A DNA stretch of 63,444 nucleotides, the filler included, from Malacoraja senta (taxonomy: Eukaryota): NCBI GenBank assembly GCA_038087875.1. It is 3 parts of 3 records of this genome, joined end to end, with 100 filler letters (N's around TTAATTAATTAA, not from the genome) between each part and the next. Parts side by side here need not be neighbours in the genome. Positions count along the whole stretch, not along the records: positions 1 to 28,313 come from CM075978.1; 2 more parts are not named here. One strand, written 5' to 3'. A program made the position numbers and the translations under genes. Under the pieces are notes generated by a model. The model had not been told where the DNA came from and did not search any database. It saw only the letters and a program-made list of their open reading frames with translations. Positions 1-13,700 of the stretch are shown one piece after another; positions within the stretch are counted from its first letter, which is position 1; each line of letters opens with the position of its first letter.

Positions 1-1115
1 CAGGCCAAGGAAGATCTCCACAGCTGATGATAGAAGAATTCTCTCTATAATAAAGAAAAATCCCCAAACACCTATCCGATAAATCAGAAACACTCTTCAG
101 GAGTCAGTTGTGGATTTGTCAATGACCACTGTCCGCAGAAGACTTCATGAACAGAAATACAGAGGCTACACTGCAGGATGCAAACCACTGGTTAGCCGCA
201 AAAATAGGATGGCCAGGTTACAGTTTGCCAAGAAGTACTTAAAAGAGGAACTACAGTTCTGGGAAAAGGTCTTGTGGTCAGATGAGACGAAGATTAACTT
301 ATATCAGAGTGATGGCAAGAGCAATGTATGGAGGAGAGAAGGAACTGCTCAAGATCCAAACATACCACCTCATCTATGAAACACGGTGGTCTGAGTGTTA
401 TGGCCTGGGCATGTATGGCTGCTGAAGGTCCTGGCTCACTTATCTTCATTGATGATACAACTGCTGATGGTAGTAGCATAATGAATTCTGAAGTGTATAG
501 ACACATCCTATCTGCTCAAGTTCAAAAATGCCTCAAAACTCATTGGCTGGTGGTTCATTCTACAGCAAGACAATGATCCCAAACATACTGCTAAAGCAAC
601 AAAGGAGTTTTTCAAAGCTAAAAAATGGTCAATTCCTGAGTGGCCAAGTCAACACCCGATCTGAACCCAATTCAGTATGCCTTTTATATGCTGAAGAGAA
701 AATTGAAGGGGACTAGCCCCCAAAACAAGCATAAGCTAAAGATGGCTGCAATACGGGCCTGGTGGAGCATCACCAGAGAAGACACCCAGCAACTGGTAAT
801 GTCCATGAATCGCAGACTTCAAGCAATCATTGCATGCAAAGGAAATGCAACAAACTACTAAACATGACTACTTTCATTTACATGACATTGCTGTGTCCCA
901 AACATTATGGTGCCCTGAAATGGGGAGACTATGTATAAACACTGGTGTAATTTCTGCATGGTGAAACCAAAAGGTATAAAAATGGCCTTTAATAAAATCT
1001 GACAATGTGCACTTTAACTACATGTGATTTTTTCTATTACAAATCTCAAATTGTGGAGTACAGAGGCAAATAAGTAAATGATGGGTCTTTGTCCCAAACA
1101 TTCTGGAGAGCACTG
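1..1115 (+). mobile_element. Tc1/mariner DNA transposon, decayed; 3' part of transposase plus right IR/DR terminus
   Basis: Broken ORFs with Tc1 motifs (TVRRRLHE, LWSDETKINL, VMAWACMAA, PDLNPI, RRLQAIIACKG). Inner repeats TGTCCCAAACATT at ~892 and ~1090. Ends in CACTG|TA at 1111-1117. Confidence 0.9.
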
Positions 1116-1546
1116 TATATACAATATTCCAGGGCCTTATATAATTCCAGTAAGACAGTTTTAAGGACACAAAGTGCTGGAGTAACTCAGCGGATCGAGC
1201 AGTATCATTGGAGAACATAGATAGGTGACGTTTTGGTTCCTGATCCGAATCGTCATCCATCCATGTGCTCCAGGGATGCAGCCTGATCCGCTGAGAGTTT
1301 TCCAGCACTTTGTGTCCTTCTTTGTAAACCTGCATCTGCAGTTCCTTGTTTCGACAGCTTTGCTTTTAGATTCACTCATGTGCTCATTTATTCCTTCACT
1401 GTCATTTTTGTACATTCCCTGTCATCATCATTGAAAACATTAGCGACGCAGTGGTGCTGGTTTCCGATGGGCAATTCCCTTTGGTGTGACTTCTTGGTCA
1501 TTATATCCTGTAAAAAAATAAACAATGACGCTTTTTTTCTCTTTAG

Positions 1547-1728
1547 GAAATTGATAGTATGAATCGTCACTTTAATGAGAAGTGGTTTCATGGGAAGATG
1601 GGCAAGGATGGCAAACAGAGAGCCGAGAAGCTGCTGCAGGAGGTTTGTGCAGAAACAACAGGACGAGACGGGACATTTCTGGTCCGTGAGAGTGATACCT
1701 TCAATGGAGTCTTCACGCTGTCATTTTG
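1547..1728 (+). CDS. PLCG2: PLC-gamma exon: nSH2 N-half ([19 protein letters not shown]...[20 protein letters not shown])
   Basis: ctttag| acceptor, tg|gtatag donor, FLVRES motif; not in the supplied ORF frame. Confidence 0.92.
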
Positions 1729-4700
1729 GTATAGCTGATCTCTTTTATACCTTCCATACCAAATAGTCCGGATTATTAATTTCTTTAAAAAAAAACTGTT
1801 TTATTGCTAGCTGCAGAATTATTTGGAGAAAGATTTTTAAAAAATAGAGATAAAAAAATATTAAAGGGTTAAACATCTATTAAAAGGTAAACTCTTCTTT
1901 TCACTTCTCCTTTGGAATTTGTTGCCATAAGATAATATATAACTTTCAGAAGTCCAACGTTAATTACAAAATACTAGCCATTAATATCCTTTAAGGAACT
2001 TGAACATAACAAACTGTATTGAGGCAATTCACAGGAACAGTGTTCATACTGTATGTTTGTAAGTCATAGGAGCAGAATTAGAAATTTTTGTGTCCATCGA
2101 GTCTACTCCGCCATTCAATCATGGCTGATCTATCTTTCTCTCTCAACCCCATTCTCCTGCCTTCTCCCCATAAATCTTGACACCCTTGTTTTGTTTAACA
2201 AAAATTTTCACCAAGACAAACAATCAGATTAAATCTGTCGTTTTCTATCCTTACCCTGATGTTAGGTCATCTAATGACCGTAAGGTCATCTAAGGTTATC
2301 ATTAATACTAATGGTGTTTAGAAGTGCTATAAATTAGTGTTGAATATGATGAGTTTCGTTCAATGAGTCGCAATACAATGTTAAGCCTTGTTCCTGATAA
2401 TAGTGGTATGTGATTTGTATTCCTATTCCTTGGGCAGCCACTTGTATATTATAACTGTAGAACCTGCATAGCTATTTGTGTAGGAAGGAAGTGCAGATGC
2501 TTGTTTACACCAAAGATAGACACAAAATGCTGGAGTACCTCTGCGCATCAGGCAACATCTCTGGAGAAAAGGAATCGGTGACGTTTTGGGTCCGGAGACC
2601 CTTCTTCAGTCTGAGAGTCAGGGGAGAGGGAACCTAGAGATATGGAAGGGTACAGGGAGCATGTAAGGTATGAAAAGGACAGATCAAAGCAGACGATGAT
2701 CAAGGAAATGTACAACAGTTCATTGTGTGCTGACCTGAAATATCACCTATTCCTTTGGTTACTTAAAGGCCTGTCTCACGAGTCTGCGGTCATTGGCGGC
2801 GAAACAGGAAGAATCTACCGCTCCTGGGCCGCCATAGACCGCGCACTCGGTCAAACGCACAATTCCGGGGCCGTGCGGCGTTGTTCCCAACACCGCACGG
2901 TGCTAAAATAAAACCAACACTGTTCAAAAATATGTCCCTACCGCACAGCCTCCGCCAGTGAGGCACGAGTGCGGCACGGCCGCCGCCACAGCCGCCGCCA
3001 GTGTGGCACGAGCGCCGTGCGTCGAACTTGCACCGCCACAGCCTCCGCCAGTGAGGCACGTGTGCGGCACGGCCGCCGCCACAGCCACCGCTACAGCGCC
3101 GCGATCAGCACAGCCGCCGCCACAGCCGCCGCTAGTGAGTCACGTGTGCGGCACGGCCGCCGCCACAGCCACCGCTACAGCGCCGTGATCAGCACAGCCA
3201 CCGCCACTGCCGCCGATAGTGAGTCACGTGTGTGGCACGGCTGCCGCCACAGCCACCGCTACAGCGCCGCGATCAGCACGGCCGCCGCCACAGCCCCGCA
3301 GATCCAAAATGACGTCATCGCAGTCGGCCCGCCCTTTTTTTAAACTTACCGCAAGCTCGTGGGACTAAATCACTCGGCCCCCGCGCAGCATCCGTGCGGC
3401 GCTCCCGTGGCATAGGCTCGGCGCTCTCGCCATTGCCGTGCGGTCCCCTCTTCACCGCCGATGACCGCAACACCGTGAGACAGAGCCTTTACAGTATTTG
3501 TTACATTATAAGTATATGGATACAATGATATTATCAGTACATTTATTAACCTTACACAGGCTTCTAAGAGAATGAAGCTGGAATAATATGTAGATATGGG
3601 GAACAGGGAGATGGCAATGAATTTAATCGTTTCTTTTTAATCTACCTATATGATAAGACTATAGATACCCACTTAATAATAAAAAGATTTGAGAAATGAT
3701 GGGGAGAATTTTTTTCCCCACTAAGCGAGAGGTGGATATTGGCAATACATTGCCTTGCAGAACGAAATATCCCTGTTTGACACGGATGTGCTCGTGAAGT
3801 GAAATCAGCATGACTGTTGAGCAAGAGCTGGAAAATGGGATTTTACTAATAAGTCAGCAGGGATAGGATGGTCAGAATGACTCCTTATTTGAATAATTAT
3901 TTCCATCATGCATTCACCCATTCCACCATTATTTTTATAAGGTGACTATCAGGTCTCACATGGGCTTTTTGAGATAAGGTGACTATAAGGTGACTATAAG
4001 GTGACTATCAGGTCTCACATGGGCTTTTTGAGATAAGGTGACTATAAGGTGACTATAAGGTGACTATCAGGTCTCACATGGGCTTTTTGAGATGTTAAAC
4101 AACCTTCTCAAACATACTGCCCCAAAGCCAACAAGAGGACAAGTTACTCTGATATAGTGCATGATAACAGAACCACATTAGAGCAGTCACACTCTTGGTC
4201 AGTAACTAATGCTTGCAGCTTTAAATGATGTGAAGAATGTCATGTTCAAAAATAAAATGAGTGTAACTAAAGGGCAGCAGGGTGGCGCAGTGATAGAGTT
4301 GCTGCCTTACAGCGCCAGAGACCCGGGTTTGATCCTGAGTGCTGATGCTGTCTGTACATAGTTTGTACGTTCTCCCCGTGACCACGTGGAGTTTCTCCGG
4401 GGGCTCCGGTTTCTTCCCACACTCCAAAGACGTGCAGGTTTGTAGGTTAATTGTCTTTGGTAATAGTTGTAAATTGTCCCTAGTGTGTAGGATGGTGCTA
4501 GTGTACGGGGATCGCTGGTTGGAGAGGACTCAGCGGGCCGAAGGGCCTGTTTCCGTACTGTATCTCCAAACTAAACTAAACTTAATTACTACGGGTGTCA
4601 GCGGTTATGGGGAGAAGGCAGGAAAATGGGTTTGAGAGGGAAAGATAGATCAGCCATGATGGAATGGCAGAGTAGACTTGATGGCTTAATTCTGCTCCTA

Positions 4701-7700
4701 TAACATGAACTTAAATTGTAACTCTGTTGAACAGTAAATAAAAACTCACACTTGGATTCTGTTCTTTATGTGTTTCTCAAACCAGGAGGAATGGAAGAGT
4801 TCAACACTGCCGGATTCGCACGTCCACAGATGCAGAGGACACAAAATATTTCCTGACTGATAATTTAACTTTCAACAATATTTATGACCTGGTCCAATAC
4901 TATCAGACTACGCCTTTACGATGCATTGAATTTGAACTATGTTTAACTGAAGCTGTACCCTGCCCAAATCCTCATGAATTTCAGGAGTAAGTGTACCAAC
5001 AGAAAACTTACGCAGTCAAATCTGTCGAGAGCAGAGAGAACTAGTGGCCTTGCATCATAAACACTAAGCATTTTATTGTATTGTGGTCTTCTAACAGCAG
5101 TGGATAGAAACATAGAAAATAGGTGCAGGAGTAGGCCATTCAGCCCTTCGAGTGAGCACCGCCATTCAATATGATTGTGGCTGATCATACAGAATCAGTA
5201 CCCCGTTCCTGCTTTTTCCCCATATCCCTTGATTCCGTTAGCCCTAAGAGATAAATCTCACTCTCTCTTGAAAACATCCAGTGAATTGGCCTCCACTGCC
5301 TTCTGTAGCAGAGAATTCCACAGATTCACAACTCTCTGGGTGAAAATGTTTTTCCTCATCTCAGTCTTAAATGGCCTACCCCTTATTCTTAAACTGTGAC
5401 CATTGGTTCTGGACTCTCAAAAACATTGGGAACATTTTTCCTGCCTGTCCAATCCCTTAATAATTTTATGTTTCTATGAGATATCCTCTCATCCTTCCAA
5501 ATTCCAGTGCATACAGTGGATGCAGATTAAGGATAAACTGAGTTATCAATTGGATGATGTTGGCTCAAATGGATATTGTTAACTGGTCTTTGTTTTCAAT
5601 GACTATCATTTTTTTTAACTTTCTATTAATAAAGAATGGAAAATAGTTCTTTCTTCACATAGCCAGTAATTTCCATGAGTGAGATTGCTTATTCAGTGCC
5701 CAGTTTTTGGTAAGTTCTCCAGCCTTATAAGGAACTAAATTGAACCTCGGTGTTTTAAGCAGTTTTTGATCAAGCTAGGAGAAAAGGAAGATTTACATTG
5801 TATCTGTTAAAAGGCTAGAATAATGATTGTTGTCCAGTCCAAAATTATTGCCTTTTATTGTTTGCGAACACGTATTCAGGTTTCCTAATTATATGTGCAC
5901 AAAATTGTTTATGTGAGAACTAGATTTACTCAAAGAGAAATCAATTGTGTTTGTACAATTGCAATATCTTTTCTAAAGATATTAAAATCAGACTTTGTTC
6001 AATCACTATGCCTTGACGTTAGTAGTTCTAAAACTTATCTTCTTAGATATCGATCATATTGAGGATGACTCTGGCTCTATGGGCTCTGTGCGGTGGCTGA
6101 TGAGGCCAAAGTAAAAATGTTGACTCTTCCAAGACAGCACAAGCGATGAATGTATGAGTGAATACTTTATGAATGAATACTTTATTGTCACATGTGACAA
6201 GTCACAGTGAAATTCTTTGTTTTGCATACCCAAGGAGGTATGCTAAGAGTCGCCACATAAAGGGTGCCAACAAAGTCACACAAAGGGTGCCAGGTCCTCC
6301 TTTGTTGTGCATGACGGGATAGAAGGGCAGGTAGTTTCTGAGGTGGGGAACTCCTTCCATCATTCACGTCAGGCGTTTGTTATGCTCCTGGTGCTTAGAA
6401 TCATGGATTTCAACACTACCAGTGCACCGTCTGTGAAGACTCAACAGGCTGCAGATGCTTAAATCGTGTGCAAAACACAAAGTGCCAGCGAAACTCAGCG
6501 GATCAGGTAGCATCTGTGGAGGGAATGGACAGGCGACGTTTCGGGTCGGGCTGAAAAAGGGTCCCGACCCGAAGCATCGCCTGTCCATTCCCTCCCCAGA
6601 TGTTGTCTGATCCACTGAGTTCCTCCAACATTTTGTGTTTTGCTCCTTGTCTGTTTGAGCGGTAATGGAGACTAGGGTTCTTAGTAACCAGAATGCTGCA
6701 ATTCTCCATGTGGTTTGAGAGCACCCTGTGACTGAGCTCAGAAGGGAATGCATGTTGTGGGGGAAGAATTGGGTGTGCAAGCAACTTAGTCTACCCAGCG
6801 GAGCTGAGTGCAAGTGAGGCTCCACTGAGTGCATGGGAGGGGAACCTAACATTGGTTCGCTTCTCCTGTCATTTAACTTGCCGCATTTTGCAGAGACAGT
6901 GTTGGTGTTATCATTCCAGTGCCTTGAAATGCCTGCTGTACATAATGCAACTCACAGTAGCAAACATGAGGGGAGGAATGGCAGGAATGGCAGGAATGGC
7001 TGTTGCCCTGTAGGATTTGAGGTTTTAGACCTAAATCTTCAGACATTTCTTTCCTCAGTCAGCCAAGGGCTGGGCTGGTACTTTGAGGGCATTGGCAAAT
7101 TTCATCAGTGTCTGCCTTCACTGAGGTAGGAAGTCTTCCATTGTTTCCATTGTCTCATCATGGATCTTTTTTGACAAAAGGCAGACTTGTACAAGTTGAA
7201 AGACGCATCTCGCTTGGTCCAATGTGGGCAGTGACTTGGCCTCTGAACACTAGCACAGTCTACGTATTTCAGCTCGATCACTAAGGTCCGGCACAGTGGC
7301 GCAACTGTAAAGTTGCTGCATTATGGCGCCAGAGACCTGGGTTCGATCCTGACTACAGATGCTGTCCGTATAGAGTTTATACATTTTCCCAGTGACCACG
7401 TGGGCTTTCTCCTATTGATCCAGTTCCCTGCCACACCCCAAAGATGTACAGGTTTGTAGGCTATTTGGCTTTGGTAAAATTGTAAATTGCCCCTCGTGTG
7501 TGGGATAGTTCTCGTGAACGGCGTCATCACTGGTCGCCGTGGACTCGGTGGGCCGAAGGGCTTGTTCTGCACTGTATCTCTAAAGTGAAGTCTAAAGTCA
7601 GGCTGATCTTGGTTCTGGAGTTTAGATGTTGCAGGTTCAGGAGTTTCCCGTTAGTTCCTCTATTCCAAAAATTAGCACCCTGGTGGGAAAGACTGAGAAA

Positions 7701-10700
7701 AGTTGTGAAACTGGCCAGTTAATACCCACGAATAGGTTGAAATATTTCAATTCAGATCCCAGAGATAAACGACCATTGCTCAATGCACTGAATCACGGTG
7801 ATCAAAAATGGAAAAGTGTACTTTTTTTTCATGTCCAGATGGTATTATAAAAACCTATGTCGAGGAGAAGCTGAGGATATGCTGATGAGGATCCCGCGAG
7901 ACGGGGCTTTTCTGGTTCGAAAGCGAGATGAGCCCAATTCATACGCCATTACCTTCAGGTAAGAGAACTAACCATTCCTCAATATGTTTTAAGTTTAAAA
8001 GTATCCATGGTGCAATCAAAAAACGTTAAAATTGTGTCTTACCCCAGGGCTGAGAGTAAGGTTAAGCATTGCCGCATTAACTATGAAGATGGAAAGTACA
8101 TTCTAGGGACGTCAGCAGAGTTCGACAGCCTCGTGGAGCTGATCAGTTACCACAAAAAGCAGCCATTATATAGAAAAATGAAACTCCGATATCCAGTCAC
8201 AGAAAAAGTGCTTGAGCGTTACAACGTGGTAAGTGGTTTATTTATTTTGTTAACAGTACTTTGTCTATTTATGTACTATATTGTCGCTGATACGTTTCCT
8301 TCCTCAGGCAAGAAAGTGAAAAAATAATTTCCTAACCCCTGAGGTTAACTGTCTGTCTCTTGCTTCAGATCACCATTATTCAAGATAATTGAGTGCTTTG
8401 ATTCTTATAGTTTGATCGTCTCTTCTAGGTGGGTCCATCTGTAAGGTTGTCAGGTTGTCCACTCTTTGGAAACCTGATTTAAATCTCAACTAATTAACTC
8501 AACAAATATTTACAAGGGACTCAGAATACTGAGTTTTAAATTTAGTTTATTTTAGTTTAGAGATACAGCACGGAAACAGGCCCTTCGGCCCACCGAAGGG
8601 CCTTTTTAGTTTTTTAGATTCTTAGTTTTCCCCTTAATTCCCAAGACTCATGTAAAACTAAGAAGTAGAAACGAAGAACTGCAGATGCTGGTTACAAAGT
8701 ACTGGAGTAACTCAGTGGGTCAGGCATCATCTCCTGAAAAAAAAGGATGGGTGGCGTTTTGGGTCGGGACCCTTCTATGGACTGAATGTAGGGGGTCGGG
8801 GGGTGGTGACCTAAAATTAAGCCTAGCTCTTTTGACGTTTAATACCAGCAGTAAATTGTAGACTTCCTCCAGCTTATACAGTATTTGCTACTATAGGCCA
8901 TTGGCATTGTCACTGGCAGGTGTAGGTTAGCCCATAAATCCTGTTGTGGATTCAGACTGAGTGACCCTTCAGCTATTTGTCAAAGCAGGTTAAATCACAA
9001 CATGCTTTTTGATTATTCAACACATTATTGATCGAGTAGGAAGGCCTCTACAGAATGGCCCTGAAACCACACTCATAACAATCTTCTACATTCAGCATAA
9101 TCACAGTTTGCTTTGCTTTCAGCAAAAAGACTACGGCAGTCTCTATGGTATAAATTACGTGGATCCAAATGAACTTGCACCTTCTCAGGTAGGAGTCTGA
9201 AATTGACTTGTCTTGTGCTTAATGTAATGTTAGCAAAATGTCATTATGATAGACAGGAATAGGAAATTCGAAGTGAAATTCTAGATCCAATGGTAAATGA
9301 AGTGAATGCAAGTAAATATCTATTCCCTCCTTATTTTATCCCCTGCACCTCCCTCATCCAAAAGTTAAAAGACTTGTTTTTATATCACCTTGCATATTTC
9401 TTTCAGAACTGCTTTGTAGTGCTTCTAAATTACAATGATATTGAGATCAGGGAGCATTAGCCCTCTTAAACATCAGCTTTAAAATGACCCAGTCATCTGT
9501 TTTCGTGTTGAAATGCTAAATATTAGCCAGGGCATTTACAAAATGTGTTGGATAGAACTGCAGATGCTGGTTTAAATCGAAGATAGACACAAAATGCTGG
9601 AGTAACTCTGGAGAGGCAGCATCTCTGGCGAGAAGGAATGGGTGATGTTTTGGGTCGAAACCCTTCTTTACAATATTGTTCTCAAAATTACACCATGATA
9701 CACCATACTTCCATCCTGACAGATCAGTGAGGGCTTCAGCTCATGCATTTCTTCCAAAGGACAACAGTGCTGACTGTGTTTACACAGCATCTGTATGAAA
9801 CTAGAGTGTTGGCTGGAGTTTATATGATCGAATCTCTGGAGTAGTACTTGAACCCACAGCCTTCTGATGCAGTTGACTGCACCATGAACAGATCGGAGGC
9901 TGATGTAAAATTAATTATATACTTAACAGGAACTAAGCAGAGTCACCGAAGCATGCTGCAAGTTTGAAGGAAAATGTACAGCAAAAGGAAAGAAACGGAT
10001 TTACCTTAGGTAGAAACAAGGAACTACAGATACTGGTTTACAAAAAAAAAAGACACCAATTGCTGGAGTAACTCAGCAGGCCAGGTAGCATCCCTGTAGA
10101 ACATTAATAGGTGACCCTTCTTCGGGTCGAGACCCTTCTTCAGATTTCAAACCCATTTACGCTTTATTGATGATGCTGATCAGATCAGATGAGATTAATT
10201 TATTGTCATATAGTCCAGGGTGCAATGACATTTCTTATTTGCCTGAAGCTCATAGAGTACACAGTGTACACAATACGTGATAGACACAACAAATGAAAAA
10301 CAACAGAAAGATGCAAAGGTTGTAGTGGAATCCAAAGTGGTGCAAAAAAAAGAACAAAGAGCACGAATGGAATAACCGAAAGAGGTAGAGAAAAGATTGT
10401 GAATGTGCGGCAGCATTTCCGGGAAGGGAGAGAGAAGGAGGTTGTTGGTTCAGGAGTCTGATAACATTGGAAAAGAGGTTCAGTTCAGTTTAGTTTATTG
10501 TCACGTGTACAGTGAAAAGCTTTTGTTGCGTACTTACCAGTCAGCAGAAAGACAATACATGATTACAATCGATCCATTTGCAGCGTATAGATACATGATA
10601 ATGGAATAACGTTTAGTGCGAGGTAAAGCAAGCAAAGTCCGATCAAGGATAGTCTTAAGTCTAAGAAAGAACTGCAGATGCTGGAAAAATCGAAGGTAGA

Positions 10701-13700
10701 CAAAAAATGCTGGAGAAACTCAGCGGGTGAGGCAGCATCTATGGAGAGAAGGAATTGGTAAGTCTGTTCTTTAGGCAGTTCTTAAGTCTGGATGCTGGGC
10801 TTTTAAGTTCCAGTATCTTCTCGCAGAAGGTAGAGGAGTGAAAAGGGAATGGCCTGGATGACAGGCATCCTTGATAATACTTTCATTCTTCCTGCTGCAT
10901 CGCACCATGAAGGTGGACTGGATGGAAGGAAGTGATGAACCTGTGATGGACTGGGCTGTGATCCGCAGGCCAACATCTCTATAATCCTAATGAAATAAAC
11001 CCTATTTGAGGAGAAAGGTTTCCTCTGTTGACTTTTAAGTGATCAAATTGTCGGTGTATGGTCCTTATCTGTTAACTATAAATACAAACACCTTCACTGT
11101 GATTTTATTAAGTTTTAACCATTTCTTTCTCAATCCGTAGGGTTCGGTAAAAGCTCTGTACCAATATAAAAGCCAACAACAAGATGAACTCACTTTTCCC
11201 AGAGGTGGCATCATCCACAATGTCAAAAAACAAGATCAAGGATGGTAAGGATTCTTGTTCTGCAATTAGTACATAAATTGGTCATGGAAATCTGGAGTGA
11301 TTAGATTAGGCACACACAGTGAAAAGGGATGCATTCATAGTTATCAGTGAGTCTGAGAAAGAAAGGTCGAGAAGCTTCAACATTGTGTCCTCCAAAGTGG
11401 GCGACCCAGTGGCGTAGTGGTAGAGCTACTGCCTTACAGCGCCAGAGACCCGGGTTCGATCTTGACTGTGGGTGCTTGTCAGTACGGAGTTTGCACGTTC
11501 TCCCAGTGACCTGTGTGGGCTATCGCTGAGATCTTCGGTTTCCTCCCACACTCCAAAGACGCACAGGTTCGTAGGTTAATTGATTTGGTATAAATTTAAA
11601 TTGTCCCTAATGTGTCAAAGTGTTAGTGCTTGGGGATCGCTAGTTGGTGCGGACTCAGCGGGCTGAACGGCCTGTTTCCGTGCTGTATCACTAAACGAAA
11701 CTAAATTAAACTAAACATCCTAAGGCTAATAATGAGAAGAGCATATCCATAAAGACAAAACATGTGGTGCTTCAATGCTCTAATGTAACCATTACTCCTT
11801 TCTGGCATCGCAAATTTCTCAGCCTTCATTTCTCAATCAGCCCACACTGATTATCACAAATATGCACCTCCACAAGTCTGTAAAGATTCTCCAAATCCCA
11901 TACACCCCATTTCACCTGGTGGATAATATTTCTCTCTGAAAGACAACTCAGACACAATCCGTGAAGTTGCTGCTACATTTTTTCTCAAGATTTTTATTCT
12001 TCTTGCCCAATTTCACTGTATTTTCCAGCATGTGTTTCCTTGTTCAGGTGTGGCGCTTGTCACATCCTGTTGTTGTGCTGCAGGGTAAAACATTATCCCC
12101 TGTGTGGGTGTGCGTGCTAAGCATTGGAAGTGGAAGTGACTGCACATTGCACTTCACTCTTTGAATTAAGCCCTGTTGTCTTCAATGAATTTAGTTTAGT
12201 TTAGGTTAGTTCAGTTTAGAGATACAGCATGGAAACTGGCCCTTCGGCCCACCGAGTCAATGCCGACCATCATCACCCGTTCACTCTAATTCTATATTAT
12301 CCCATTTTCACATTGACTCCCAACACACCTGAGGCAGTTTACAGAGGTCAATTAACCTACAAACCTGCACGTCTTTGAGATGTGGGAGGAATCCGGAGCA
12401 CCCACAGGAAATCCACGCAATCACAGGAAGAACTTGCAAACTCCACACAGACAGCACCCGAGGTCAGGATCGAACTCGGGTCTCTGGTGCTGTGCTGCAT
12501 CACTTTGACCCCCAAATAATATTTCTTAATTTCTCTCATTTTCATATTCCTTGCCCTTCACTCCTTCAAGGGCATTCAATGCTCTTTAGGACCAACTTCC
12601 CCCATTAGATTAGGTGTAACGTTACCCTCCTCTCCCAATCTGTTTGTGGCTGAGAAGGTTAGGTTGCCTCTTTGTGTAGGTGTGCCTGGCCTGGAAGAGT
12701 TTGTTCCTGATATTTTCCTTTTCTATCTGCATGGAATTGTGCATGACCACAGCATCTCATTACAGCTCTGCTACTTCCTGAATTTTATACTGTAAATTGC
12801 AATAAAGTGGAAAAGTGGCTTCCAAATTTATCATAATCATACTTTATTAGCCAAGTATGTTTTGCAACATAGGAGGAATTTGATTTGCCATACAGTCATA
12901 CCATTAAAAAGCAACAAAACACACAAAATACATTTTAACATGAGCATCCACCACAGTGACTCCTCCACATTCATCACTGTGATGGAAGGCGAAAAAAAGT
13001 TCAATCTCTTCCCTTCTTTGTTCTCCCGCGGTCGGGGCCTCGAGCCTTCCGTTGACGGGGCGATCTTCGCTCCCGTAGCCGGCGGTCGGGCCCTCTGCGT
13101 AGGGGCGATTAAGCTCCTGCATCGGGGGGGAATCTCAGTTCCCCCACACCGGGCGATCTGACCCCGGGTCAGGGCTGGTTGAACCTTCTGCATCGTTTGG
13201 AGCTTCCGGACATCAGTCTCTACTCGAGACTGCGAGCTCCTCGATGGTGAAATCCGCAGGCCACGGTTATAATGTCAATCCCAGGCAAGGGATCGGCTCC
13301 GATGGTAAGTCCACGTCCCCGCTGTGGGGCTCAAAGTCAGTCCCGAGCAAGGCCGCCAGCTCCATGATGTTAGGCCGCAGAGCGACCGGAGATACGATCC
13401 GGAAAACAATCGCATCTCCAGCAAGGTAAGAGATTGAAAAAAGGTTTCCCCCGACCCCGTCCCCCACCCCCACATAAAACAAACCAGAGAACATTAACAC
13501 ATACTGTTGAAACAGACTAAAAATAACAAAAAAAAGACGAAAAGACAGACAGACTGTTGGCGAGGCTGCCATCGTGCGGTGCCCCTGAATTATGAACACA
13601 AGCTCCCACAGGCAGATAGAAATTTAGACTTAGACTTTAGAAATACAGCGTGAGAACAGGCCCACCAGCCCACTGTGTCCCCACTGCCCAGCGATCACCC

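Noticed and set aside
2958-3343. Ala/Pro/Arg/His-rich overlapping ORFs
   Set aside because: Translations of a GC-rich minisatellite inside a TIR element.
3936-4093. CRISPR-like repeat array
   Set aside because: Units are identical with no unique spacers, and the context is vertebrate intron.
4272-4345. tRNA genes at SINE heads
   Set aside because: A/B-box-like heads continue into SINE bodies and CR1 tails; no complete cloverleaf.
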